64,000 nucleotides of DNA from Phyllobates terribilis (taxonomy: Eukaryota): the NCBI RefSeq assembly GCF_046119375.1, contig NW_027362762.1, forward strand, positions 298,282,001-298,346,000, read 5' to 3'. Numbering within the stretch: the stretch's first letter is position 1; each line of letters begins with the position of its first letter. Shown here piece by piece: positions 34,327 to 46,339 of this stretch. Both the position numbers and the translations under genes were made by a program. The notes under the pieces were generated by a model. That model was not told the DNA's origin. It searched no databases and worked only from the letters and a program-made list of their open reading frames with translations.

Positions 34327-35286
34327 CTAGTTTAACGCCCTCCTGATGAGTGTTGCGAGTCTCCTGGCGAATGTATGTTTCCCGGGTTTGTTGAGGTGTA
34401 GTCCGTCTCTGGCAAGGAGTCCATCATAGAGGTAATTCACACCGTGGTCCAGGAATCCAAATCCTTGTTGTCTGCACCATCGTCTCAGCCAGCTGTTCAC
34501 ATCAAGGATCCTGTTCCATCTCCTGACGCCATGCCCGTCTACTGGAAGGATAGAAGAAAAAACTACCTGCGCATCCAGTTCTTTTACTTTCTTCCCCAAT
34601 GCTTCAAAGTCCTTGCAGATTGTCGGTAGGTCCTTCTTTGCCGTGTCATTGGTGCCAACATGTATCAGAAGAAATGGGTGGACATCCTTGGGACTGATGA
34701 GCTTTGGTATCCTATCGGTAACATCCTTGATCTTCGCCCCTGGGAGGCAGCATACTTCTCTTGCGGTTATATCCGGTCTGCAGATAGCTGCTTCTGTTCC
34801 TCTCAGTAGTGAGTCTCCCACCACCACCACTCTTCTTCCCTTCTTGGCTGTCCTTTTTCTTGTCGCTTCTGGGTGTTTCTGGGTGCTCTTTTCTTTTTTG
34901 CTTGCTGGTAGTTCCTCATCCTTAGGTGTGCCATCTTCGTCCTCCACAAGTCCTTGGAATCTGTTTCTCAGTTGTGTGGTTGGTGGTGTCTCCATGGTCT
35001 TCTTGCTTCTTTTGGTCACTTGCCTCCACTTGTCTGCCTCTGGAGGTTCTCTGACGCTTCCTTCACTTTCTGTGCCCAGTAGTGACGCTTCTGTTCTATC
35101 CAGGAAGTCTTCATTTTCCTTGATGAGTTTTAATGTCGCAATTCTTTCTTCCAGTCCCCGCACCTTTTCTTCTAAAAGAGCCAGTAGTCTACACTTCTGG
35201 CAGGTGAAGTTGGTTTCAGCTTCTGGTCGATCTGTGAACATGTAGCACATGTTGCAGCTCACCATGTAGGTTGTCACATCTGCCAT
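34327..35286 (-). CDS. CR1 ORF1: zinc finger, coiled coil and SGNH/GDSL esterase domain, 319 aa
   Basis: CNMC...CQKC, a leucine-rich heptad stretch, then GDSLLRG, HVGTND and DGLHL esterase blocks. Confidence 0.92.
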   Translation of the reverse strand: MADVTTYMVSCNMCYMFTDRPEAETNFTCQKCRLLALLEEKVRGLEERIATLKLIKENEDFLDRTEASLLGTESEGSVREPPEADKWRQVTKRSKKTMETPPTTQLRNRFQGLVEDEDGTPKDEELPASKKEKSTQKHPEATRKRTAKKGRRVVVVGDSLLRGTEAAICRPDITAREVCCLPGAKIKDVTDRIPKLISPKDVHPFLLIHVGTNDTAKKDLPTICKDFEALGKKVKELDAQVVFSSILPVDGHGVRRWNRILDVNSWLRRWCRQQGFGFLDHGVNYLYDGLLARDGLHLNKPGKHTFARRLATLIRRALN

Positions 35287-35372
35287 GCTGCTCCTCGTCC
35301 CTGCTGACTTGATGTCTGTCTTCTTTCTTGTGATACCCTAGGAGAAACAAATTCGCGCGCCGTCAGGCGCGC

Positions 35373-36162
35373 GGTTTGGCGATGCTTTCCAAGCAGCTGG
35401 TCCCGGCTGTACCCAACGATCTTCTAGCTGAAGGAGACTCTTCGCTTTTCCCAGAAGGCACCTGGAATATGCAAATTGCCCTCTTCAAGCTTCAATCCCT
35501 GGTTTGGCGATGCTTTCCAAGCAGCTGGTCCCGGCTGTACCCAACGATCTTCTAGCTGAAGGAGACTCTTCGCTTTTCCCAGAAGGCACCTGGAATATGC
35601 AAATTGCCCTCTTCAAGCTTCAATCCCTGGTTTGGCGATGCTTTCCAAGCAGCTGGTCCCGGCTGTACCCAACGATCTTCTAGCTGAAGGAGACTCTTCG
35701 CTTTTCCCAGAAGGCACCTGGAATATGCAAATTGCCCTCTTCAAGCTTCAATCCCTGGTTTGGCGATGCTTTCCAAGCAGCTGGTCCCGGCTGTACCCAA
35801 CGATCTTCTAGCTGAAGGAGACTCTTCGCTTTTCCCAGAAGGCACCTGGAATATGCAAATTGCCCTCTTCAAGCTTCAATCCCTGGTTTGGCGATGCTTT
35901 CCAAGCAGCTGGTCCCGGCTGTACCCAACGATCTTCTAGCTGAAGGAGACTCTTCGCTTTTCCCAGAAGGCACCTGGAATATGCAAATTGCCCTCTTCAA
36001 GCTTCAATCCCTGGTTTGGCGATGCTTTCCAAGCAGCTGGTCCCGGCTGTACCCAACGATCTTCTAGCTGAAGGAGACTCTTCGCTTTTCCCAGAAGGCA
36101 CCTGGAATATGCAAATTGCCCTCTTCAAGCTTCAATCCCTGGTTTGGCGATGCTTTCCAAGC
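35373..36162 (-). repeat. Six tandem 128-bp monomers plus a partial seventh at the CR1 5' end, each containing ATGCAAAT
   Basis: Unit starts at 35373, 35501, 35629, 35757, 35885, 36013 and 36141; no differences noticed between copies. Confidence 0.95.
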
Positions 36163-36927
36163 TAGAGGACAAGATTTTTTTCCCTTTCAAGATTTTTGTT
36201 TTTATTTAAATAACATTGAACAGTGAGTACTGTATGTTATAATAAATTACACACACACTGTTGTTCCAATTAACGCTGGCTTTATAGTAAAATAATATAG
36301 TGGATTAGGGATTTGTCAAAAATGGACAATTTCCATAGTGTGAAATGAGCTGTCATCCGCAGTGCAGTACAGAGCAGAAAAGCCCCATGCATGGGTCATC
36401 ATTATTCAATCAATTCTAAGACTTCTTTGATCTATGTATTCGGTGGCATTTCAGAACAAATGAATTGTCACAAACTCAGAACTTTCTAACTGGTGGGTGT
36501 TTGATACCCAGTGTATGTAGCTTCAGAAGCTGGATGTAACAGTGTACAGAGCTGACACAGCACATCTCCATACACCATATAGTGCCTGTTGCAGCTTAGC
36601 TTCTATTAACTTCAATAGGAGTTGAGCCGTAGAACTCGAGAATGGCACCTAAACAGTGAATGGAGCTGTGCTGTTCTAGCTCTATACATGTTTTACACCT
36701 GCAGGTGCTAAAAAATAGCTGATTTGGTTGGGGTAGGAGGGGGTGCCAGGCATTAGAGCCGCACAAAGCTGCTATTAACAAATAAGGATAGGTGATCAAT
36801 ATCTACTCTTATCTCAAGAGACATTCAGCACAGAGTACATGCTTATAAATACTACCAGGTTTATGACATATTATACTCAAGATCAAGGCCAGTATTATTT
36901 GCTGGGCTTGCGGAGCTGCATCCTTAA

Positions 36928-37658
36928 GGCCCCGTCACACTAAGCGATGCAGCAGCGATCCCGACAATGATACGACCTGTCAGGGATCATTGCTGCGTCG
37001 CTAATACATCGCTGGTGAGCTGTCAAACAGGCAGGCTCACCAACGATCAGGGGAGCAGCGACATCGTGGAAAGGATCTTTCCACGATGTCCTGCTCCCGG
37101 TTACCAGCTTGCTGCTGAAGCAGGAGCAGGCTCGTAACCATGATAAACAGCGGGTTACTAAGTGCGCGTGTGCCCCTAGTAACCCGCTGTTTACCATGGA
37201 TACCACTCTGCTACGGTGCGCGGGAGGCTACCGTTCACCTTAGCAGAGTCGTATCCATGATAAACATCGGGTTACTAGGTGCACACGCGCACTTAGTAAC
37301 CCGATGTTTATCATGTATACGACTCTGCTAAGGTGAACGGTAACCTCCCGCGCACCGTAGCAGAGTGGTATCCATGGTAAACAGCGGGTTATTAAGTGCG
37401 CGCGTGCCCCTAGTAACCCGCTGTTTACCATGGATACCAGCCTGATCGTTGGTCCCGCTGGTCACACACAGCGATGTGTGCTGGCCAGCGGGAGGCCAAC
37501 GACCAAAAAATGGTCCAGGACACTTTGCAGCGATCAGCGACCTCACAGCAGGGTCATGATCGCTGCAAAGTGTCACACATAGCGACATCGCTGGTGAGGT
37601 CGCTGTTGCGTCACCAAAACCGTGACACAACAGCGATCTCGCTATGTGAGACGGGGGC
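36928..37658. mobile_element. TTAA-flanked palindromic MITE with internal about 100-bp hairpin subrepeats
   Basis: TTAA|GGCCCCGTCACAC...GTGAGACGGGGGC|TTAA; internal AAACAGCGGGTTACTA...TAGTAACCCGCTGTTT modules. Confidence 0.8.
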
Positions 37659-38422
37659 TTAACTATCGGCTCCTTTCTACTTATCTTCCAGGAACTTATC
37701 TCTCCCTATTCTTGAATAAGAGATCTTCAGTCACTAGCACCAGGGAAGAGAACTACTTTCCTGAGAGGTCATCATTTACATCATCCAAGTCAATAACCAG
37801 CATGTCCTACTTATGGCATATCTATTGCTTAGGTTATCAACAGGGCACAATGAAGACTACACTTATAATACCAAAAATTGGTTAAAGTACCGTATGTGGC
37901 TTCACATAGAAAAAAAAACCCAGAATATAATAAATATCACATGCAGTAACAAAAAAAATTGAATTGTAAATAAATATTTAATATTTTTCAATTGATTGAG
38001 CAGCTGTGATTAAACTACTTTAATATAGCTATGAATAAGAATGGTCACTTGATGCAAAGAATTTTTCTTCACCTATTAATAAAAAAAAAAAGGTAGGCAT
38101 AAAATTACATCAACTAGTACTACTACCTGGAACATATGGTACATAGTGGAGATTGATAAAAACTATATAAAAGGAAAACTGCATTCATAGCCCATAGCGA
38201 CCAATCACAACACAGGTTTCTTTTTCAAGAGTATTAAAAACAGAATCATTTTTCTATTAAACAATTGTCAAATCTCATGTAGTAGGTAATATTAAACTGT
38301 AGATGATCCACTTATCACATGTAAAGTGTAATGCATCACAATAAAGTTTAAAAGATCTGAGGGAATGGCAAAATCAGTAATGTAAGTCACTAATTAAGAA
38401 ATCTGCAATGTACAAAACAAAC

Positions 38423-38533
38423 CTTTAAATCCATCGGGATAAACCTCAGGGAGAAATTTAGTAGTGATCTCTCCTTTAATGAAACGAGGGTGAGTGATAA
38501 CTTCCCGAAGTAAAGGAATATTGTGAGTCACAC
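38423..38533 (-). CDS. PCCA: PCCA internal coding exon ([38 protein letters not shown]), 111 nt, phase 1-1
   Basis: gtttttcag|GTGTGACTCAC...TTTAAAG|gtttgt. Matches human [38 protein letters not shown] (recalled); phase is compatible with the flanking exons. Too short to appear in the ORF track. Confidence 0.95.
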
Positions 38534-38641
38534 CTGAAAAACATCAAACATATACAAAAAGTTTGTGGTATTATAAGAAACGGAAAAGTACAATGTGGCC
38601 TAAAAATGTTCAATGACATGACTTCCAGTTATACACTAACT

Positions 38642-38827
38642 CAGGGTTCCTCAACTCCGGTCCTCAAGAGCCACCAACAAATCATGTTTTCAGGATTTCC
38701 TTAGTATTACACAGGTGATGGAATTCTTGCCTGTCCAGGGGATGGAACTTTCACCTGTGCAATACTAAGGAAATCCTGAAAACATGACCTGTTGGTGGCT
38801 CTTGAGGACCAGAGTTGGGGAACACTG
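38642..38827. mobile_element. hAT-type MITE about 110 bp from a PCCA acceptor
   Basis: Long TIR CAGGGTTCCTCAACTCCGGTCCTCAAGAGCCACCAACA; 8-bp TSD CACTAACT/AACTAACT. Confidence 0.8.
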
Positions 38828-41542
38828 AACTAACTGAATCATGGTATGAAAGTCATGGGTTTCAGTTCCAAGGTGCCAAGATGCTAAGGGTAGCATGTAG
38901 TATTCGCACCTTAGCACTTAATTCTGGGAACCACAGTATGTGGTATGCAGCAGTTCTCATTTCTGGGAGCCAATTACTGACTCTCTGGCATTTAACCAGT
39001 TCTGGACAGCCCATCAAATTTAATAATTTGGGCGGTCCGCACTTTCCTCTGCACTCACGTTCTATAACAACAATGCAGAGTAAGCTGCTAGTTTATTACC
39101 ATCTTTGCCTTCTTCACCGATGTATGTACAGCTCTAAATACGCGCTGTGTATACAGTATTGGAAGCAGCATCAGCGCTTCCTCCTCCGGACCCAGCAATT
39201 ATATGATCATTGGGTGTAGGGAGGGAGCAGGAGCTACTGGTCATAGCAGACCCAGTCAGCTCTGCTATGCAGGTAAGAGGTGGAATTTTCCCTTTAATTG
39301 GAGCCAATATATCAACCCTAGTTAGAAAAAAATAGACATGAATTTCCTGTTTTTCTTTATATTGTCTTTACATTTGTCCCCAGGATCAGACAAAAAAAAG
39401 GAACATAAGCCCAAATGAGATTTTTTTTAGAGCCATTAAAAGCATGTACCACCCCTCCTCTCCACAAAAAAGTCAGGAAGGGGGCAGGGGAGGGAATGGT
39501 GTGGTCCTTGACTGGTCCTAGTCCTCGACTGGTTGAAGTAGCATACCAGTTTAAACAATATTGATTCTGCCATGGGTCTGCAGGGACAGCATGCACAGTA
39601 GCGATGTGAGCTCTGCTGATTGGAGCCATACCCAAAGGACAGTTCTAGAGGTAGGAACTCGAGGAAATTTTGACATGACATCACAAAGTGGGGAATCTTA
39701 GCTAGGCATCATGTGACCAGGAAAGCAGATAAGATTACAGCAGGATTTCGAAAAGTAAGGTATTTATAGTTATTATGTATGGCAGTGACATGAAAGGGAC
39801 CCTAGAGTACACCCATTTCATTACAAAAAAAATAGCAAGACTACTCATTCTTTCCTTTACAAACCATTCTCGGGATCCACAGGAGATGATGATCGATGAC
39901 TGGCATCTTCCTCCCTTCACCTGACTACCCAAATGGTTTTAAATCAAAAGATGCTAAGAATTTATAATTCATTCCAAACCATGTGCTAAAGGAAGCAGAT
40001 ATGTTTATACTAAAACTGTAGATCAAATACAATTAATCATGTCTTTATGAGTGGGTCATTTCTTGAATTTAAGAGCAAAGAGGTATAATGTACATTTGAA
40101 TGGCTTTTAGATCATCTCGTAAGAATTATGTGTCTGTAATGCAATATGTATTTATATAGTAACTAATTTCTCCATTTAAGAATCAGTGCACCATCAGTTC
40201 ACACAAAAAGCAGCGTCTTAGATCTCAGATGGATCATGACCTTTGTGAAGGTTCATAAGGTCCTCCATCTGTGTGTGAATTACTGCTACTCTACATAAAG
40301 AAGGAACCTAGAACAGCTTGTTCAGGCTACCTGCTGCTACCAAAACATTAGCCAGACATGACCACCACACACTCAAAGGATCAAACAGAGGGCAGTAAGA
40401 TATCCATATTTCATAGAAAGTTTAGATTAAATGGGACTATACTTTTCAATAGTACATTTTTTTCCTTAACCTCTGGCTGCAAGGCTGACCTAGACATTTT
40501 GGTGGGAAATGGTCTAGACAAGAGTGAAAACTATGACCCTAATAATCATGCTGATAATCTCAAATGAAACTAATATTGAGGCAATCTGATCTGTATAACT
40601 ATGCGTAGAAAATGCAGCTGCCAAATTTATATATAAAATATATATACATATTTGGGAAAATGCAGAGGAAAAACATTTTTAAACCATGTATTTTCATTTT
40701 TACCAGTGCACAAATGCCTCTTCAGAGAGAAAGTGGACTTGAACTCTGGCGTCACCTATTGGATGTAGTAATCAATATCATGCCGCTAACAAGCCTGGCC
40801 TCATCACTTAGCATAAGAAGCCAAACCAAACACTTCATTTGTAGACCCATTTTTTTGGAGGATGTTTGCCCCCTCATCGGTGCAAAACAAGAGATCTAAT
40901 TTGACTTATCCCAAGTCATGTAGGAAGGCTCATAAAAGGGTCAATATTGACTTTTATGATTGCTATCTCTAATAGGTGGCAGTAGGGTTCAAGTACTCTT
41001 ACTTTCTAAAGAAGCCACTTGCATATTCAAGTTACCAGAAACATTGCAATGCCTATAAATCTCCTTATGTCGGCTTGGCGCTCTACACAAGAAAAAAACA
41101 TTACCCCTTAAACCACTCACACAGCCAAATCAGATCTCCAGATTTGCAGTAATTTGGGGCAAATACCCAGAAAAACATCTGTAAATTGAGTGTTTAGTTT
41201 GACTTCTTATCCTTAGTCATGTGGCAAGGCTCGTTAAAGGGTCAATATTGATTTTTAGGATTGGTACATCGAATCCCCCACTAACTAGAGCTTACACTCT
41301 GAAGAGTTTATTTGCATATTTAAAGTTTCAGAAGAGCATTGCGTGGCCTGTAAGTCTCCTTATGCCAGCTTGGCACTCTCCATAAAGAGAAATGTTCTCC
41401 CATAGACCCATTTCTATAAAAGCACTTAGATCACAGTACTGGTTGAAGGGGGCCAGAAATTTAACAAGAGACTGAGCTCTTTAACAGTTCCACTTACTGG
41501 ATATAAAATACCTGTTGCAGAAAAGCAGGGAAAACAAACTTA

Positions 41543-42370
41543 CAATACTGTACAGAAGTTTTACGCTGGTGTGCAAAAAAATGTTACAAACTGAAAATGC
41601 TTTCAAAAATAGAAGTTTTAATAGCATTTTGTTAATTGATAAAAATAAACTAAGTGAATGAAGGAAATAAAAATCTAAATCAAATCAGAAGTTTTGTGTG
41701 ACCACTCTGTCTTCCAAACAGCATGAAAGCATTAATTTCCCAAGGTACACTTGCAAACAGTTTTTCATGAAACTCTGCAGGGAGGTTGTTCTAAGCATCT
41801 TGGAGAACTAACTACAGATCTTCCGAGGATGTAGGCTTACGCAAATCCTTCTGTCTCTTCATGTAATCCCATATAGACACGATATTGAGCTTAAGGCCAT
41901 ATAATTTCCAGGAATTTGTTCTTCTTTACACTAAAGATAATTCATAACATAGGCTGTATGTAAGGAGCTGTTGTCCTTTTCCAGAATAAATTGCACATGC
42001 CTCAGTGACTGCATTACATGAAGTGTCAGCCTGCCATCGAGTCTGTTTGGAATTACATGCAGAGACAGAAGGAATTGAGAAAGCCTTCATCCACAAAAGA
42101 TCTGTAGTTCATTCTTCTAGATGTTTGGAACCTCCCTCCCTGAGTTCTTTCAAATACTATTTGCAAGTGTACCCCAAATTGATGTTTCGATGTGGTTCTA
42201 AATGCAAAAAATGGTCGCAACAAATATTGATCTGATTTACATTTCTCTTTTGTTCATTCACTGTGAATTTTGTTAAATGATAGTTTTTTTTATTAACCCT
42301 TTTATGTATGAAAGCATTTTTAGGTTGCAGCATTTTTTCCACACCTGCGTAAAACGTTGACACAGTACTA
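41543..42370. mobile_element. Non-autonomous Tc1-like relic
   Basis: TA-flanked imperfect TIRs CAATACTGTACAGAAGTTTTACGCTGGTGTG and CACACCTGCGTAAAACGTTGACACAGTACTA. Confidence 0.65.
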
Positions 42371-44689
42371 TAGCTCTATGAAACTTTATGGGACCTGGAA
42401 TTGTCTACTAGAGAACTACGCATACAGGTCAGATTGTAAAGATTTATCAAGAATTTTTGAACAGCAGTAAAATGAAAAAAACAACACACTATAAAATTGG
42501 TACAGTGGAAGTTACAAATCATTTTGTCGCATAATGAACACCACCCAAAGCAAAATTCAAACTTTTTTTGAATTGAGGGGATTTATTTATTTTGTTCCCA
42601 TTTTCCAGCACATTACGGTATATGGGACAATGAATGCTCTAATTTAAAACTATATCCCGTTTAACAAAAAAACAAGCACTCCTACAGTTATGCTTGCTAT
42701 TATGGCTGTTCTAAAAAAGGTAGGAAAATACAAAAGTACGTGTCATGGTCAAGAGGGGATTATATCGTCTTTGCAACTAAGTTTCAATGTTCCGCAGAAA
42801 CAAAAATTATTTCTTCTCAACAATTACGGCAATAGGTTTTTGGTGCACCCAATCATACTTTTATTATTTTCAGATTAAAAACAAAATCTACCACATTAAA
42901 CATCTGCAAAATCAGTAAATATTGCAAACGTAAAATTTTTGGGGTGGCTTGTAAATATAGTTATGTGTTGGGTATATGCTACCATCAGATAACAGTGTGC
43001 AATTATGTGAAACTGATAACACTGGATTAAAAATATTTCTTAACAGGAATAAATGTGTGGAAAGATAGCTAAATCTGCCTAAAATATGGCTCAACAGGTA
43101 TTCTGAGAACAGAAGATATCCACTGCTAAAGTAATGAAAAATCCAGCACGTTCTAACTGTAGATTGCTTTGGGATTGCACACATCTAATGGCTAAAGTGC
43201 TATTTCCAAGCTAAAAGTGACATAAAACACGCATCTGCTACAAAATGATTGATTCCTTAGTAACCCATGTGTTACAATATAGTCTAACTTTTAAACTTGT
43301 GCACCAACATCTCCATTCCCTTTGGATTCATTCTCATGTTTTGAATTCATCTTGCTTTCTAACAGTTGAAAGACGAATATATTGAGATACTGTCAACAGC
43401 TTTCTAGATTCTTACTGAAACCTGACACGCTTGGCCTAGTGTTGTGTGTATGTGGTAGTCCGGAGAGGTGACAGCTATATTATGGGTATTGGAACCTAAT
43501 ATAGTCACTGTCCTTACATAACATTTTCAGTAAATCAAAAGTACTAGCGAATACAAGAAACTTTTTAATACATGTTATATTGTACATATGCTTTTTCTCT
43601 ACTTATGAGACACTTCTTTCACTCTGAAAAACGGATACAAATTTGTCTTGATCAATACAAGACAGACTGCCAACTCACTGAAAGATTGGCAAACAAGCAA
43701 TATCAATGATTAAATCTGACTAATTAGTTGGTAAGTCCAACTCATTCCATAGATGGTAACAAATTTGTGTGTATTACAAGGAGTGATTCAGCACCTAAGA
43801 TAGATATTTAGAAGTAACATTTTAACACCTAACCACTTTAATAATTATGCAGAGATAAAATAACCTACACTTTTCCCTATCTAGATAATCCCAAAATGTG
43901 TTGTTTTCTTTTACTGTATTTCCTGTGATGCATCGTTAGAGAGGAGTCTCAAACAGGATGCCCTCACTTCTCTGCAGTGTCTAGAACAGGCCGTCATCAG
44001 GGGGCAGCGCTGAAGTTACTTACTACAGTTTCATTTATCGCAGTCCTCTGAAGATGTACTGGATCATGGTGATAGAAGTTGTTGTAGAGGAGAGCGCAGC
44101 GCCCGCTCTCTGCTTCTATCTGTGAAATAAGTTATTGTCAGGTAGCAAAGATAGGAGCAGTGAGTGACACCAGCATAGCTACACAGCTTCTAACACCGCC
44201 CTCAAATGAATCGTCATCAGGGGGCAGTGATAGAACCAGTGAGTGACACCAGCGTCGCCCCTTGATGACAATTTGTTTGAGTGCAGTGCTAGAAGCTGTG
44301 GAACAGCGCTGGTGTCACTCACTATTTCTATCTCCATTCCCTGACAATGTCTTATTTGTCTCCTGCAGAATTTATCACCATGGATTCAGGATATCTTAAA
44401 GAGGGTGGCAATGCAAGAACGCGTAGTAAATAACTGCAGTGCTGCCCCCAGATGGCGTCCTGCTCCAGGAGGGGCAACAGATGCTGCAGCAAAGTGAGTG
44501 CGGCCCCAGCCTTCTGTGACATCCTGTTTGAGACTCCTTTCAAATGGAAAATAACAGTTAATACAGTAAAAAAAAGAACACATTTAAGGATTTGCAAGAT
44601 AGAGAGAAATGTAGGGGATTATACAGTAAAGCTACTTATAAAAGTGGTTACGGTGTAAAGATAGATATTTAGAAAGGACATATTAAGTA

Positions 44690-45215
44690 CTGGACCACCC
44701 CTTAGTGAAGGAGCAAATTTTGACCTTAATGAACAATCCAAATTTTACAATTCTGACCAGTGTCACTTTAGTTTTCTGGAACACTTCAACGGATCCCACT
44801 GATTCTGAGATTGTTTTATCGTGACATATTGTGCTTCATGATAGTGGTAAAATTTGTTCGATATGGCCTACGTTTATTTGTGGAAAAAAATCGGAAATTT
44901 TGTGAAAATTTTGATAATTTTGCAATTTTCAAACTTTTAATTTTTATGCCCTTAATCAGAGAGATATGTCACACAAAATAGTTAATACATAACATTTCCC
45001 ACATGTCTACTTTACATCAGCACAATTTTTGGAACAAAATGTTTTTTATTAGGAAGTTATGAGGGTTAAAAGTTGACCAGAGATTTCTCATTTTAACAAT
45101 AAAATTTACAAAACCATTTTTTTAAAGGGACCACATCATATTTGAAGTGACTTTGAGGAGCCTTTATAACAGAAAATATCCAAAAGTGACACCACTCTAA
45201 AAACCGCACCCCTTA
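44690..45215 (+). mobile_element. Fragment of the piggyBac-like non-autonomous family
   Basis: Close similarity to 51120-51610 and to the reverse complement of 10200-10700. Confidence 0.7.
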
Positions 45216-45884
45216 GGCTATATGCCCACGATGCTGAAATGCTCCGGATTTTTCCTGAGCGTTTCTGCATCTCCCTGGCAGAAAAAACGCATGTGGATTG
45301 TACATGCGGATTGTACATGCGGATTGTACATGCGTTTCTACTGCCCGAGAGAAGCGGAAGTGAAGCGTTCTTCACTGGCATTTCCGCATGCGGGTTGTCA
45401 AGCGCATTCCAAGCGATTTTAGCATCACTTGGAAAGTGCTTGACAACTTGGTCACATTATATAAATCCATGCAACAGGCATGGATTTTATATAGTGTGAC
45501 CAAGTTAGTTAAAAAAAATATATATAAAAATGGTAAAAAAAAACAAAAACATTATACTCACCCTCCGATGGCCCCCGGTCTCCTTATCCGATGCGTTCGG
45601 TCTCCCCTGGTGTCTCGTGGTTGTGTAAAAGGACCTTCCATGACGTCATTTAGTCATGTGACAGGTCACGCGACAGCAGACGTCAGCGGTCGCGTGACCC
45701 ATCACATGACTAAAGGACGTCATGGCAGGTCCTTTTAGACCATCGCAAGCTGCCGGAAAGCCAGGAAGCATCACTATGGAGACCGGGGGCCATCAGATGG
45801 TAAGTATAATGTATTTTTTTATTTTAAATTCTTTTTTTTTTTTTATACAGGTACTACGGTACCCGGGTCTGGATGAGAGTCTAA

Positions 45885-46339
45885 TGTTTTGGAGTGTCCA
45901 TCACAAAGCCCTGATCTCAATCCTATTGAAAATTTATGGGCAAAGCTAAAAAGGCAGATGTGAGCAAGGCGACCTACAAACCTGGATCAGTTACACGAAT
46001 TTTATCAGGAGGAATGGGCCCAAATTCCAACAAACTATTGTGTGAAGCTTGTGGAAGGATATCCCAAACGTTTGACCCAAGTCATTCAGTTTAAGGGCAA
46101 TGGTACCAAATACTAATGAAATGTATGTAAACTTTTGACTTTGCATCAAGTAATAAAAATGCCTTAAAACATTCTCTCTCTCTCATTATTCTGGCATTTG
46201 GCAAATATTAAAAATGATGGTAATCCTAATTGACCTAAAACGGGAAAAAAAAGGTTTATTCTGATTTCATGTCAGATACTGAGAAAACCATGCATGTGTG
46301 TCTTTTTATATAGTGTATGTAAACTTCTGGTTTCAATTG
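45885..46339 (+). mobile_element. Tc1 3' fragment
   Basis: Encodes [21 protein letters not shown] and ends ...GGTTTCAATTG|TA. Confidence 0.75.

Larger units (their letters stand above)
31135..36158 (-). mobile_element. Full-length CR1-clade LINE with two intact ORFs
   Basis: 3' end (AACTATGT)n preceded by AGGCTGAA...TTCGGCCT inverted repeat; ORF1 plus ORF2; 5' monomer array; AAGCTA at both junctions (31129-31134, 36159-36164) as a possible TSD or microhomology. Confidence 0.95.

Noticed and set aside
31392-34346. Plus-strand ORFs antisense to CR1 ORF2 (and similar short antisense ORFs in Gypsy pol and DIRS)
   Set aside because: Shadow ORFs opposite long coding frames; no motifs.
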